The notes beneath the pieces are model-generated. The model did not search any database. It was given only the letters and a program-made list of their open reading frames with translations, and was not told where the DNA came from. Position numbers and translations under genes: made by a program. Of a stretch of 64,000 nt of DNA, positions 17,695-28,800 are shown piece by piece; positions within the stretch are counted from its first letter, which is position 1, and each line of letters opens with the position of its first letter. Origin of the DNA: Candidatus Aenigmatarchaeota archaeon. GTDB lineage: Archaea > Aenigmatarchaeota > Aenigmatarchaeia > CG10238-14. The stretch covers positions 4,449 to 68,448 of the forward strand of contig JAHLMM010000001.1 of NCBI GenBank assembly GCA_018920365.1, written 5' to 3'.

Positions 17695-18846
17695 ATGAAA
17701 AAATATTGGTTTCTGTTGTTGCTGACCATAATAGGTATAGGTATATCTCAAAACATTTCTCAAGATGAAAATATTACAGAGTATAATGTATCCTTGAATT
17801 TGACAGCCGAAGATTTTATTCAAAATGAAACTTTTACAAATGAAACTTATAATATCACAATTGATAATTCAACAAATACAGAAAACACAACTGAAATAAT
17901 TGAAGAGTTTTATGACTATGGAAATATAACTTTAGAGATAAACAAAACAATCAATCTAGGCGATTTATTTTTCTTTAAAATAAACGGTAGCGCAAAAGCA
18001 AATTTCAGTGTCTCAATATCAAAGGACGGTGTTGACATTTTTGAAATGTATAGTATGACAGATGAAAATGGAATATTTATAGGAAATGCAAATATAACAG
18101 ACCAGGGACTTTACAGTATATCTGCTAATTATTATAATTATACTGTTAAAGATGTTTTTGAAGTTAAGGCTTACGAGTATAATCTAAATATAAGTTTTAT
18201 GCAAAATTATACTAAAAATGTGACATTTGAATTGATATACTTGCCTGATGTAGATATTTCCATAAAATTTGATTCTGTTAATCTTTCAAAAGTATATTTT
18301 GCTAGAACAAACCAGAATGGGTTTTATAGCTTTAATGATTTGTTTGAGCCTAACATGTATAATATATCCATTTTCTATAATAATGAATCAATCTACAACA
18401 ATACATTTTATGTTGAACCCTACACAGCTTCAGAAGATTTATCATATATAGTTTTGGATAATGATATAATTTCTGATGATGTAGCTTTTTCGTTTACCGG
18501 TTTTAATTTTACAATTGATTGTGCAAACCATTCAATAAATGCAAGCAAACATGGAATACTAATAGAAAACACAAGAGCCGTCACTATATTGAATTGTAAT
18601 ATTTTCGGTGGGGAGACTGCTATATTTGTGAAAGATTCTGACCAAATAAAGATTGAAAATGTCAATGCAAATCAAAATAAAAACGGCTTGATAGCAGTAA
18701 AGTCTGACAATATTGAAGTTAGATCAAGTAATTTTATGCGAAACGAGTTTTATGGTATGCTTTTCGTAAGGAGTGAAAATATTAGCGTGGAAAGCACAGA
18801 AACTGAAACAAGAACAAATTTAGATGTTCTAACTAGCTTGAATTAA
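17695..18846 (+). CDS. secreted sequon-rich protein with C-terminal right-handed beta-helix-like repeats
   Basis: Signal peptide 'MKKYWFLLLLTIIGIGISQ', dense N-x-S/T sequons, and a C-terminus 'GILIENTRAVTILNCNIFGGETAIFVKDSDQIKIENVNANQNKNGLIAVKSDNIEVRSSNF' that is NosD/pectin-lyase-like. Confidence 0.6.
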   Translation: MKKYWFLLLLTIIGIGISQNISQDENITEYNVSLNLTAEDFIQNETFTNETYNITIDNSTNTENTTEIIEEFYDYGNITLEINKTINLGDLFFFKINGSAKANFSVSISKDGVDIFEMYSMTDENGIFIGNANITDQGLYSISANYYNYTVKDVFEVKAYEYNLNISFMQNYTKNVTFELIYLPDVDISIKFDSVNLSKVYFARTNQNGFYSFNDLFEPNMYNISIFYNNESIYNNTFYVEPYTASEDLSYIVLDNDIISDDVAFSFTGFNFTIDCANHSINASKHGILIENTRAVTILNCNIFGGETAIFVKDSDQIKIENVNANQNKNGLIAVKSDNIEVRSSNFMRNEFYGMLFVRSENISVESTETETRTNLDVLTSLN

Positions 18847-18876
18847 ATTTATTTTTCAAATACTAACATTATTTTA

Positions 18877-21705
18877 ATGAAAATTGAATGGTTTGTTTTA
18901 ATAGCTATAATATTGCCGTCAGTTTTGGCTATTCAATGTACTATAAGGCAAAACTCATGCAATACTGGTGAGATATGTTTATTTTCTAGATATCAGGCTA
19001 ACAACACTCATGTAGGCAACTGTACAGCATATGGTAATTTGACATGCTGTTCTGATCCTTATCTTGCTAGAGCACAGATAAAAGCTTCATGTAATCTTGG
19101 CGAAAATGGTACTATATCATTATACAACTATACTAATTCTCATGCAGAAATCTATACTCAAGGCACATACAACTATAAAGTTTGCGTGGATTGTCCCTGG
19201 ATATGCACTTTGAGAGCAAGTTGTTTAAGCGATGAATATGCAATAGCGTCAATAAATGCTAGCACAAACGCACACATAGGAGAGCCTGGTTTTTATGCAA
19301 ATCAGGTTTGCTGCAAAAATGAGAATGTTCAACCAACTTATTCAAATCTCGGTGAAAATGCAACAGTAATAGATTATAATAGAGCTGTTAAGCTATACAC
19401 ATTATGGCAGGATAATGGTAATATATCTCATGCAATATTAGAAACAAATGAAACTGGTGTATGGCAGAATAAAAGTATATATGGATCTCCTTTATCAATC
19501 AGAGCTAATTCTGGATGGAGTAATTTCACATGGCAAAATTCTTCTTTTTCTGATATTTTGATAGGTTGGAGGATTTATGCAAACGATACATGCGGAAATT
19601 GGCATGTTACTCCCATCACTACATTCAGAGTCAATTCAATAAATCTCAATCAATGTCAAAATATCACGTCAAGCGGAAGTTATATTCTAACGACTGATGT
19701 GAGTGCTGTTGGTACATGTTTTAATATAACTGCTGTTAATGTTACGTTAAATTGTAATAAAAAGTCAATATCTTATGCTATTTCAACAATCGGTTATGGT
19801 GTTTATATTAAAAGTAATAATGTCACAATAACAAACTGCACAATTATAGAATCTGGATCATCATTAAATGATGATTCTTATGCTATATATGTTCTATCAA
19901 ATTATACAAAGATAATTGATAATAGTATAAGTACTGATGGTGTGTTTGATGGAGCAAGCATTCATGGAATTTATCTATATAATGCTAACAACAACACTAT
20001 AAGTAAAAACAATATATCAGTAGCAGGCGGGCTTTATGGAGGATATGGGATATTTCTAGATTCTAGTTCAAAAAACAATATAACTTATAACAACATAAAC
20101 AGCAGTGATAATTTAGCTATATATGTTTCCGGCAGTACTATGCAACATTTTGATAATTATATAGATACAACAAACACAGAATTTGGAAAAACTATTTATT
20201 ATTATTTTAATCAAAGTGATATAAAAATAGAAAATAAAGATGCGGGAGAAATATTCTTTGCATATTCTAATAAAACAATTGTAAACAATGTTACTCTGGA
20301 CAAAGATGGGATAATACTTTACAAAACAAACAATTCAATAATAAATTCAAGTGTAATAAAAACAGACAAAAATATTTACATAGAATCAGGAAACAATATT
20401 ACATTGATCAACAATATTATAAGAAATTTTTTTAGTAATGTTGTCTATTTTAATGGTTCGAGAATTATTATCTTAGCAAACAATAATATAACTTGCCATA
20501 CATCACTAAACGAAAGATGTATCTATTTTTCATTTTCAAACAATAATACCATCATAAACAACAATATAACAGATTATTATAGTGAGGGCAATGTCATTTT
20601 TTTAAGCAATTCTGTAAACAACACATTAAATAATAATAATATAACTGTATTTGGCTCTGGTTCATACGGAATTTTATTCCAAGGATCAAATAACACATTG
20701 ATAAGCAAAACAAATCTGAATGCTACTGGAGTTTCTTATGGTGTTTATATAAATTGGAAAAGCTTCAACATATCAATAATAAACAGCACATTAAATTCAA
20801 CTTTTAGTGATATTTCATTTAACGGTAATTCTTCTGTTCAAATAATAAATACAACTTTTAACAAATCTTCTGTTAGATGGTTATCACAATCTAACGCATG
20901 GATAAACGTTTCTTACTATGTTGATGTTTATGTAAGAAACAGTACAGGATCTGTTGATTCAGCTCAGGTTAATATGACAAATTATACAAATTCACTCGTG
21001 TTTTCAGGGCAGACAAATAGTAATGGTTATACGACTATTGTCTTATTACCTGAATTCTTTGCTAATGGCAGCTATAGCTATTCCTGTCCTTCGTCTCAAG
21101 CCAATTTGAGTTGTGCTAGTCCTTACAATTTTTCTGCATCTAAAGGAAGTTTATTTAATTCAACAATAGAATATGTAAATCAAAGTAAAACAATTCAAAT
21201 ATATTTTGAAAAAATACTTTCTGTAACACTTTCTAATAGATTAAGCGAAGGTATATTTTTCACAAATTCCGTCGGCTCACAAACAAACACACAAGGAGAT
21301 ATAGATATAACAAGATGGAATAATGGAACTTGGAATTATAATAATACACCGCAACCAGGCAATTTAAAAACTCTCTATTGGGTTTATAACAGCGGTAATA
21401 CTCCACAAGATATTTGTTTAAAGGCAAATGCTGATTTAACTTGCAGCCAAGGTGCATGTGCAACAAATACAATTTCAGTTACAAATATTGCATATACAAA
21501 TTCAACATACAATAATGCTACCCATCCTGTTTATGCTACAACAAATACTCTTAGTTTGAGCTATGTAAAAGTTGCAGAAAACGTTCAGCCGGGCCAATAT
21601 TACTATTTCAGATTTTGGCTTTATGGTCCTATAGGCAAACCTTCTGGAATTTACAACACAACATTTTCGGTAAGGAATGTAGAATCAGGATCTTCTTGCA
21701 ATTAA
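18877..21705 (+). CDS. large secreted adhesin-like protein: Cys-rich triple repeat, long parallel beta-helix, C-terminal 'A-domain'
   Basis: 942 aa with a signal peptide. Three copies of a '..S..N.TN(A/S)H(I/V/A)..Y...(V)CC'-type unit are present. About 450 aa of 20-25-residue beta-helix-like repeats follow ('NNNITV', 'NNTISKNNISV'). The C-terminal ~160 aa is paralogous to the ORFs at 31627 and 33364. Confidence 0.7.
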   Translation: MKIEWFVLIAIILPSVLAIQCTIRQNSCNTGEICLFSRYQANNTHVGNCTAYGNLTCCSDPYLARAQIKASCNLGENGTISLYNYTNSHAEIYTQGTYNYKVCVDCPWICTLRASCLSDEYAIASINASTNAHIGEPGFYANQVCCKNENVQPTYSNLGENATVIDYNRAVKLYTLWQDNGNISHAILETNETGVWQNKSIYGSPLSIRANSGWSNFTWQNSSFSDILIGWRIYANDTCGNWHVTPITTFRVNSINLNQCQNITSSGSYILTTDVSAVGTCFNITAVNVTLNCNKKSISYAISTIGYGVYIKSNNVTITNCTIIESGSSLNDDSYAIYVLSNYTKIIDNSISTDGVFDGASIHGIYLYNANNNTISKNNISVAGGLYGGYGIFLDSSSKNNITYNNINSSDNLAIYVSGSTMQHFDNYIDTTNTEFGKTIYYYFNQSDIKIENKDAGEIFFAYSNKTIVNNVTLDKDGIILYKTNNSIINSSVIKTDKNIYIESGNNITLINNIIRNFFSNVVYFNGSRIIILANNNITCHTSLNERCIYFSFSNNNTIINNNITDYYSEGNVIFLSNSVNNTLNNNNITVFGSGSYGILFQGSNNTLISKTNLNATGVSYGVYINWKSFNISIINSTLNSTFSDISFNGNSSVQIINTTFNKSSVRWLSQSNAWINVSYYVDVYVRNSTGSVDSAQVNMTNYTNSLVFSGQTNSNGYTTIVLLPEFFANGSYSYSCPSSQANLSCASPYNFSASKGSLFNSTIEYVNQSKTIQIYFEKILSVTLSNRLSEGIFFTNSVGSQTNTQGDIDITRWNNGTWNYNNTPQPGNLKTLYWVYNSGNTPQDICLKANADLTCSQGACATNTISVTNIAYTNSTYNNATHPVYATTNTLSLSYVKVAENVQPGQYYYFRFWLYGPIGKPSGIYNTTFSVRNVESGSSCN
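21215..21702 (+). other. C-terminal A-domain of the 942-aa protein (paralogue of the 31627 and 33364 gene products)
   Basis: Shared blocks are 'G(I/V)FFTN', 'WNYNNT/GNYNGT', 'YWV/YYV', paired Cys, 'Y(F/M)R(F/Y)W(L/I)', 'P(S)G(I/V)YNTT(F/Y)', and a Cys within the last 1-3 residues. Confidence 0.7.
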
Positions 21706-22899
21706 TGATATTTGTTGTTCGACCAAAGATTTTATTTCATCATTTCCATATTGCTCCCATATATAAGACAGGTAATATAAATTTCTTAAAAGATAATTTT
21801 CAGAATCGTTTGTCCATGAATTCAATTCTATTAGTCTGTTTCTCAATGATTTGATGAAATCTATTTGTGTCTGAATTTCTTCTTTTGTTGATAAAATTTT
21901 TAAAACGTCAACTGCTTGCAAAAATTTGAAATAAAGATCGCTCTTTTGATCGATTTTTAAATTGGTTTTTGAAGACAAATCAGATTTAACTGAATTCAAC
22001 AAAGATGTTATTTCGTTCAATGTGTTTGTCAGTCTCTTCTTCTCATCATCGATTTCCTTTTTAGCCTCTTGCTTAGATAGCTCAATTATTTTTTTAATTT
22101 CGCCCAAATAATTTTTGTTAACATTTTCTATATTTTTCTTTGTCATCTCCTCTATCAACTTTTCCACATTTTCTTTCTCAATCAACTTTGGTATTTTTAT
22201 GCTAATGCCATCAAGCATCTTAACTATATCAACTGTTAAATCATCCAATTTTTGAATTTTACCTTTCATATCTTCAACATCTTTCATCTTACTTTCCATT
22301 TCAGAAAATATTGTTTCAGATTTTCCAGCAAGCCTGTCAACATATAGTTTTGTATCGTCTATAAGCTGTATTTTTTCACTTAATTTTTTGTACATAGCTA
22401 CAAGATTCTCAATATTTTTTATCTTCTCCAAAATTGAATTTAGCCTTTCATTGTCTTTCTTTATAGAAGCCAAAACGTTTTTCAAAGATTCTGATTCAGC
22501 TTGCAATTTTAAAATATCTGCCTCTTTTTTCTGTAAATCTTTGTAAAACTTTTCAGGTTGAATTTGATTAACAGAATCCAAGACTTTTTCAACTCTTGAT
22601 TCTAGTGAAGTAAAGTTTTTGTCTAATTCTAGAAAGGATGATCTTAGTTCACCTATTTCCTCTGAGATTCTTGCTATCCTTTCATTTATATCATCTTTAA
22701 CATCTTCAAACGCAGAGAACTTGCCTTCTAATTTTTCTATTCTTAATAGCAAACTTAAAGGATTTGTATCTCCTTCTTGGACATTTTGTTTTTCTTGTTT
22801 GACAACTTCTTCTTGAACTTGCTGTTTTGGTATATCTTTAGTAACACCAAACTTGGCTTTTAATGCTTCCTTTTTATCATCTTTTTTAGGCAATATCAT
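21685..22899 (-). CDS. long coiled-coil protein, translationally coupled to the giant ATPase-bearing surface protein
   Basis: 404 aa. It is almost entirely heptad-like and rich in K, E, L and I, with no TM segment or signal peptide. Its ATG overlaps the TGA of the upstream gene (ATGA at 22896-22899). Confidence 0.7.
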   Translation of the reverse strand: MILPKKDDKKEALKAKFGVTKDIPKQQVQEEVVKQEKQNVQEGDTNPLSLLLRIEKLEGKFSAFEDVKDDINERIARISEEIGELRSSFLELDKNFTSLESRVEKVLDSVNQIQPEKFYKDLQKKEADILKLQAESESLKNVLASIKKDNERLNSILEKIKNIENLVAMYKKLSEKIQLIDDTKLYVDRLAGKSETIFSEMESKMKDVEDMKGKIQKLDDLTVDIVKMLDGISIKIPKLIEKENVEKLIEEMTKKNIENVNKNYLGEIKKIIELSKQEAKKEIDDEKKRLTNTLNEITSLLNSVKSDLSSKTNLKIDQKSDLYFKFLQAVDVLKILSTKEEIQTQIDFIKSLRNRLIELNSWTNDSENYLLRNLYYLSYIWEQYGNDEIKSLVEQQISLIARRS

Positions 22900-25800
22900 T
22901 TACTCAACCCTAATTTTTTATTTAGCGATTCGATATATATTTCTGCTACTCTGAACATTCCTTTCTTTAGTTTGTCTTTTGCCAGCTTTAACTCTATTCT
23001 CAAGTCAAATACATCTTTTCCTGTACTGGCTAGCTTCTCTATTTCCTGTTCTAATTTTTCAATTCTAGAATTATATTCTTTATACATTTGCATCTCTTGA
23101 TCTGTTATCTTGTGCGGCATATGCAGTGGCGGTCTGAATGAAATAAACCAAGGCATACCCTTGTTGTATTTTGGATTTTGTATCATGCCTATGCCAACTT
23201 CTTCCTTTGCAACTCTCCTAGCATATTCCAATCCATACTTCTTTTCAATTCTTTGCAAATCATTCAAGCTCTTCGTGTGCATTTGTATTTCTGTCAAAAC
23301 ATTACCTTTTATTGCTTCCTTGAAATCTGACAAAACTTGAGATGCCATTATTAAGCCGATACCCCACTTTCTAAATTCTCTGCATGCCCTTTCCAAAGCA
23401 ACATAACCGCCTTTGCCTCCATACTTTTCAAGCAATCTGTGAACTTCGTCAAAAACTATTATTAATCTTGGTTGCGTAGACTCTTCCCATGATTGGCTGA
23501 AAATGCTGTCAATAATATTTGTAACAGCCTCGTCATATTCACCTGGCTTCAATTTATTCAAAACAAACACTGTTATTTCACCAGGATTCATGTATTTCTT
23601 GAAATCTATTTTTGCTTTTGGATCTGTCATTTCATAGATATTTCCAGGATAGGATTTTGTATTGTCTATTGTTAACCCATGATTTTTATAATATTTCAAA
23701 ACATTCTCATCTTTGCATGGTTTGACAAAACCGGTCCATTGTGCTGTTGGATCAAAGACAACAACAGGTATTTTCTTTTCAAGCAACTCTTCTGCAAATA
23801 TGCTAGCTGAAACTGATTTTCCTGCACCTGTTGAACCAGCAACTATAATATGTGTTGTTATATCATTTGATGAAAATGTTGCTTTGATGTTTGTTTCAGC
23901 TACTTTACCTAAATGCAAATCACCTTGTGGCAACAATCCGAAATTAACTGGAAATATGTATCTGAGTTTTGATTTTTTCCATTGTATGTATTTTCTAACA
24001 GCAACAAAAGCTATTATTATTGAAAGTAAAGACACTATACCTATTATTATATATCTTAATGTTGCTGCTGTGATTATAGATGAAGATATGTCAAAAGTAT
24101 CTATTGCTGAAAGTTTACCATCAGAATAAGTTGCATTTACAACCACATAATACTTTCCAGAAGTTATATTTTCTGGTAAATGAATGTATTTCAATATTTG
24201 GTGTGGTGTTTTTATGCTTACCTGCTCAGTTTCAGTATAAATAATATCATCTTGCTTGAATCTCTGTATTGCATATGTTATCTCTGCTTCTATTTCTTTC
24301 TTTTGTGTTAAACTATAAAAACCGACTTCAAATGCCAATGTTTCATTTGGCTTGAGTGTTTTTGTTATTGTCTTTAAGCTTAATTGCAATTCAGATGTAT
24401 CTTTTGTAACAAATATTGTAATAGGTAATCTTTCACTCCTACCGCTTGAAACAACTATTTCGCCTGTGTATGTACCTACTTGAATATTTTCAGGAACATT
24501 TAGATCAATAACTACTTCTTTTTCTTTTGACGATTCAACGAGAACTGATTTTTGTCTTAGAGATAGCAGGTTTGATGCAGGACCATTGATAAGTATATTT
24601 GCTTGAATGGATTGAGACATTAGATTTGATATCCATAACGAATATGATTTTTTGTTTCCAGGATTAACATAATCTTGAGTTAAATTTGTCTTGACACTGA
24701 ATACACCTGTACAATCCTGTGGGCATGTGAATGGGTTTTCTGTTGTGTCACATATACCGTTGCCACAACTCTCTTTATAGCCACTGCTACCAGCACCACC
24801 AGCAGCAGAAGATACTGGTTGCTGCGTCATCCCAGTACCACCTGTTGAGCATTCTCCACAATCAGCCACACAATTTACACATGATTCTCCTGTTCCACAT
24901 ATAGAGTTTCCACAAATTTCTGCTTCAAAAAGATAATAAGCTGATGTACTGTTCTGTAAAGTAAATGCTTTGTAAGATGTAGAGTTTACTGTCGTGTTCA
25001 CCTCTTGCCATCCAGAACTGCATTGACCTGTCCAGTTTGAACATTTGTAAATGACTAACGCAGGTGCATAATCTATTTCTCCTATTTTTTTAGAATAATC
25101 AAATGAAACAGTTACATTTGAATATGCAAAGCTCGATGATATGTAAATTCCGGCGATTTCATGTCTCCATGGCACAGGAGGATTCAGAATTATCAACGGT
25201 ATTACAGATATGTTTAATGGGTTTGTTATATTTGAAACAGAACCAAACTGCTGTTTTGATGTTTCAGTTGAATTAAGATCATTAAAAATTATTTCATGCA
25301 TCTGGCTAGCGTCATCTTGTATCTCTGCATAGAGATCATAATTTCTTTGATGCAATGTCAAATTCTGCTGACCTGCTGGGTTTGTAAAGTTGTGTATAAT
25401 CTCATTCCTTCCTGGTCTATAAAACAAATATCTCACTGGATATGAAGTGTCGGCGTATAATTGAATTGTATCATAAACTTCAAACCAAGTTGAGTTTGAT
25501 GATGTATAGTTTGATGTATCATTGGCATACAAAATTATATCATAATCGCCAACAAAATTCATTTGGGTAAAATTTGAATACCAAACTGTTTGTTTTAAAT
25601 CACCTGTTGAGTTAGTCAAATAAATTGTCTGGTTAGTTCCATTTGGATGATAAACATCTATCCAAGCATGGCTTACACCATACCAATCTGTTATGTTTGC
25701 TGTGATTGATGTATTTCCTCCTTTCAATGTTGAATTTATCTTAATGCTGTTTATTTTAGGAGGTGTTGTATCTTTTTCTATAATAACTATATCTTTTGAA

Positions 25801-28800
25801 TCTTCTTTTTGAGAAGCATTATACTTTCTATAAGCATCTAAATTTTGATCTGTTATATTACACATTATAGTATATAATCCTTCAGGAACTGTTTGATTTG
25901 ATGATATATTCCACAAATAGTTTACTGTACCTGATGGGAAGATTGTATTCATGCTAGCAAGCTTGACAAAATTTCCGCCTTCGTATTTATACAATATATC
26001 CACACTATATGGATCTAACTTCACTAGAGTGTTATTTGCATCTGAAACTTCACAGGAAATATTTATTATCCTATTTGTCTCAGTTCTGTTAAAAGTTCCG
26101 TTAGAAGGTTGCAACAATTTTACTTGCGACCAACCATAAATGTTAATGTTTCTTGTTTGCGTATTTTGATTGTACAATTCGCCTGTTATTCTATTTGATA
26201 ATATTAATATGCCTGGGTTGCACTGTACATTCCATGTAGTATTAGTAGCTATGGTTGAATTGTAAATTGGTGGGTATGTTTGCGATGTACAATTAAAGAT
26301 CCATGTTGATGTGTATTGATGTTCTGGCACACCACAAGAATCCAAAATGTAAGAAGATAAATTCATTTCTTCTCCTTTGTGATATATTTCTGTAGTTAAT
26401 GGCGATAAAATTGATGAGTTTATGGTATCTTTTATAAACAAATTAATCAAATGCTGTTTTTGATCGAGATAATAATATGTGTTTGAAGATGATGGGAGAG
26501 AAACATTAAATTCATACAAACCTAATTGATACGAACATGATGGTTGAAACGAGATTTGACAAACGCCTGTAGAGTTTGTTGTGTTAGTACCTATCTGTGT
26601 TTGATTTATAATAAATGAACATTGCTGCCCTGATAACCTTATCTGCTGACCATATTCATCAAATATTCTTGCGCTTATTATCCTATTTTGATTTCTTGTT
26701 ATGTTTGATTGATAAATGCTTTGAGTGAAATTTACATTCATTTTTCCATACAAATATATTGTCTGATTTGAAGACAAGCTATCATTATAAATATTGTCAT
26801 TATAAACACCTACTCTCCACCATCTTAATCCTGGTTCATAACTTGAGTTAGGCGTGAAAAGATAATTGCAATAACCAGACGAGTTTGTTGATGTTTGATA
26901 GCCTAAATCCCATGATGTTTGATTTTTGCTTATCCAAAACATGCAAACTGCACTAGTTGCTGGTGAGTTGTCGATGCTATCATTTATATACGCACTCAAT
27001 AAAATAGACTGGGATCTATTTATATGAGATTCATTCCCTTGAACAATTATAGGTGCAGTTAAATGTTTTGTTACATTCGGACCATAATAAACATTGTAAT
27101 AGCTATAATCATGATATACAGTTTCATTTTCAAAATCGCTCAGCAAAAATGTCAAAATGTTATATCCTACCCATGTAGAATTTGTTTCAATTTCAAAATA
27201 TAGCTCTTCGCCATATATAGTGTTGGATGTCGTATTCTTTTCGCTAAAACATTGCCATGTGAGTTGTGATGTATTTATATCGTTTATGTCAAATGTTTTA
27301 GTCAAATTTATGCATGGTATTACAGAAATATTATTCCCTTCAGCATCACTAACATTAACATATACAGTAAAATTCCTTCCCCAAAAATTGTCTGAAGATA
27401 TGTTTACATTATTTATCACAGGTGGATTGTTTGCTGATCCAGATACTTCATAAATTGTGAATGTTCTGTTTGTGTCAGGCTGTTTCCAGGCGAAAAAATC
27501 TACTCTACCATCATTGTTTGTATCCTGTTTGCAAACAAAAAATGTATAGTTTTCTATACTAATTTCACTATAAGTTGGGTTTGAATTACAATTTGTTCTA
27601 GTTTGTGCTGGTGTTATATCATACAAAGTTCCATTGTTAAACCAATCAACTCTTAATTTAGAATTACCTGTTATGTAGTTTTCATCCAAAGATGTGCTCA
27701 AGATTATATTGGTGAATATTTGCGTTGTAGTATTCCAAACAGTTATATTTTTTTTCCAAAATCCATATTGGGCTACACCTTCTGTTTCGTTATAAAGTAT
27801 AGGTATGGATGAAGACATTGTATTGTCCCATATGAAATCATATGTCAGGTTTTGGTTTGAAAATATTGTTTTTGGTTTTGATGAAATATCACATACCTTG
27901 CTGCCTTGTAGTGTTATGACATTGAATCTAGTGCCGTTGAAATCGCATACTGTGGCAGAATTTGAAACTGCTATATATTTTATTTGAAAGTCGTGAGATG
28001 GATTTACTAAGTAATTTATCTTTTTTATTTGATTGCCAACACTTTCATTTGCTGCTATACTGTCATTTCTAGACCATTCTGAAGCTAAAGAAACATAAAA
28101 TATGTTTGTTATGTTATATGAATAAGATATGTTGATTTCATTTATTTTTAATATGCCATCAAAATCTGAACTAAAATTTAATGGTAATTGACAATACCCG
28201 AAGCTGTCAGGTGAGCATGAATTTATAAAATCTTGTACTTCTGAGTTAGCTGTTATGTTTGCTGATGATCTAAATTTACCTCCATATGACCATTCAATAT
28301 CGTTATCGCTGCTTATATCCAAAGTTACATTTGTTGGAAAATATTCAAAATTCAGTATATGTAAAGTATAAACAGCTGGTATTTGAGTTCCTGCAGCAAC
28401 TTCATTTCCAGGATCTGATGTAAGATTACCTATACCGACACCTTTAACATCATTTTCTGTTTTATATTTCCATACCAAATCACCGTCTTTGCTCACAACA
28501 TAGACATAATCATCGTAACTTCCTATTACAATTTCATTTCCATTATATTCTGTGGTCACTTCACCTATCTTCACATTGTCAATAGCTGCACCAGGAGAAT
28601 ATGACCATAATATGTTTAACTCATTATCTATCATATACAAAGTCCCATTATCTGTAACAACTGCTATCTCATCATAACCGCTATCATCTATATCCAAAAC
28701 ATCTATGTCGTTTATTAGATAGCCAATGTCTTTGCTGTTTATTAGATTTCCTGATGAATCTAAAATAAAGATGGTTGAACCACTTGATGCTGCTATTTCT

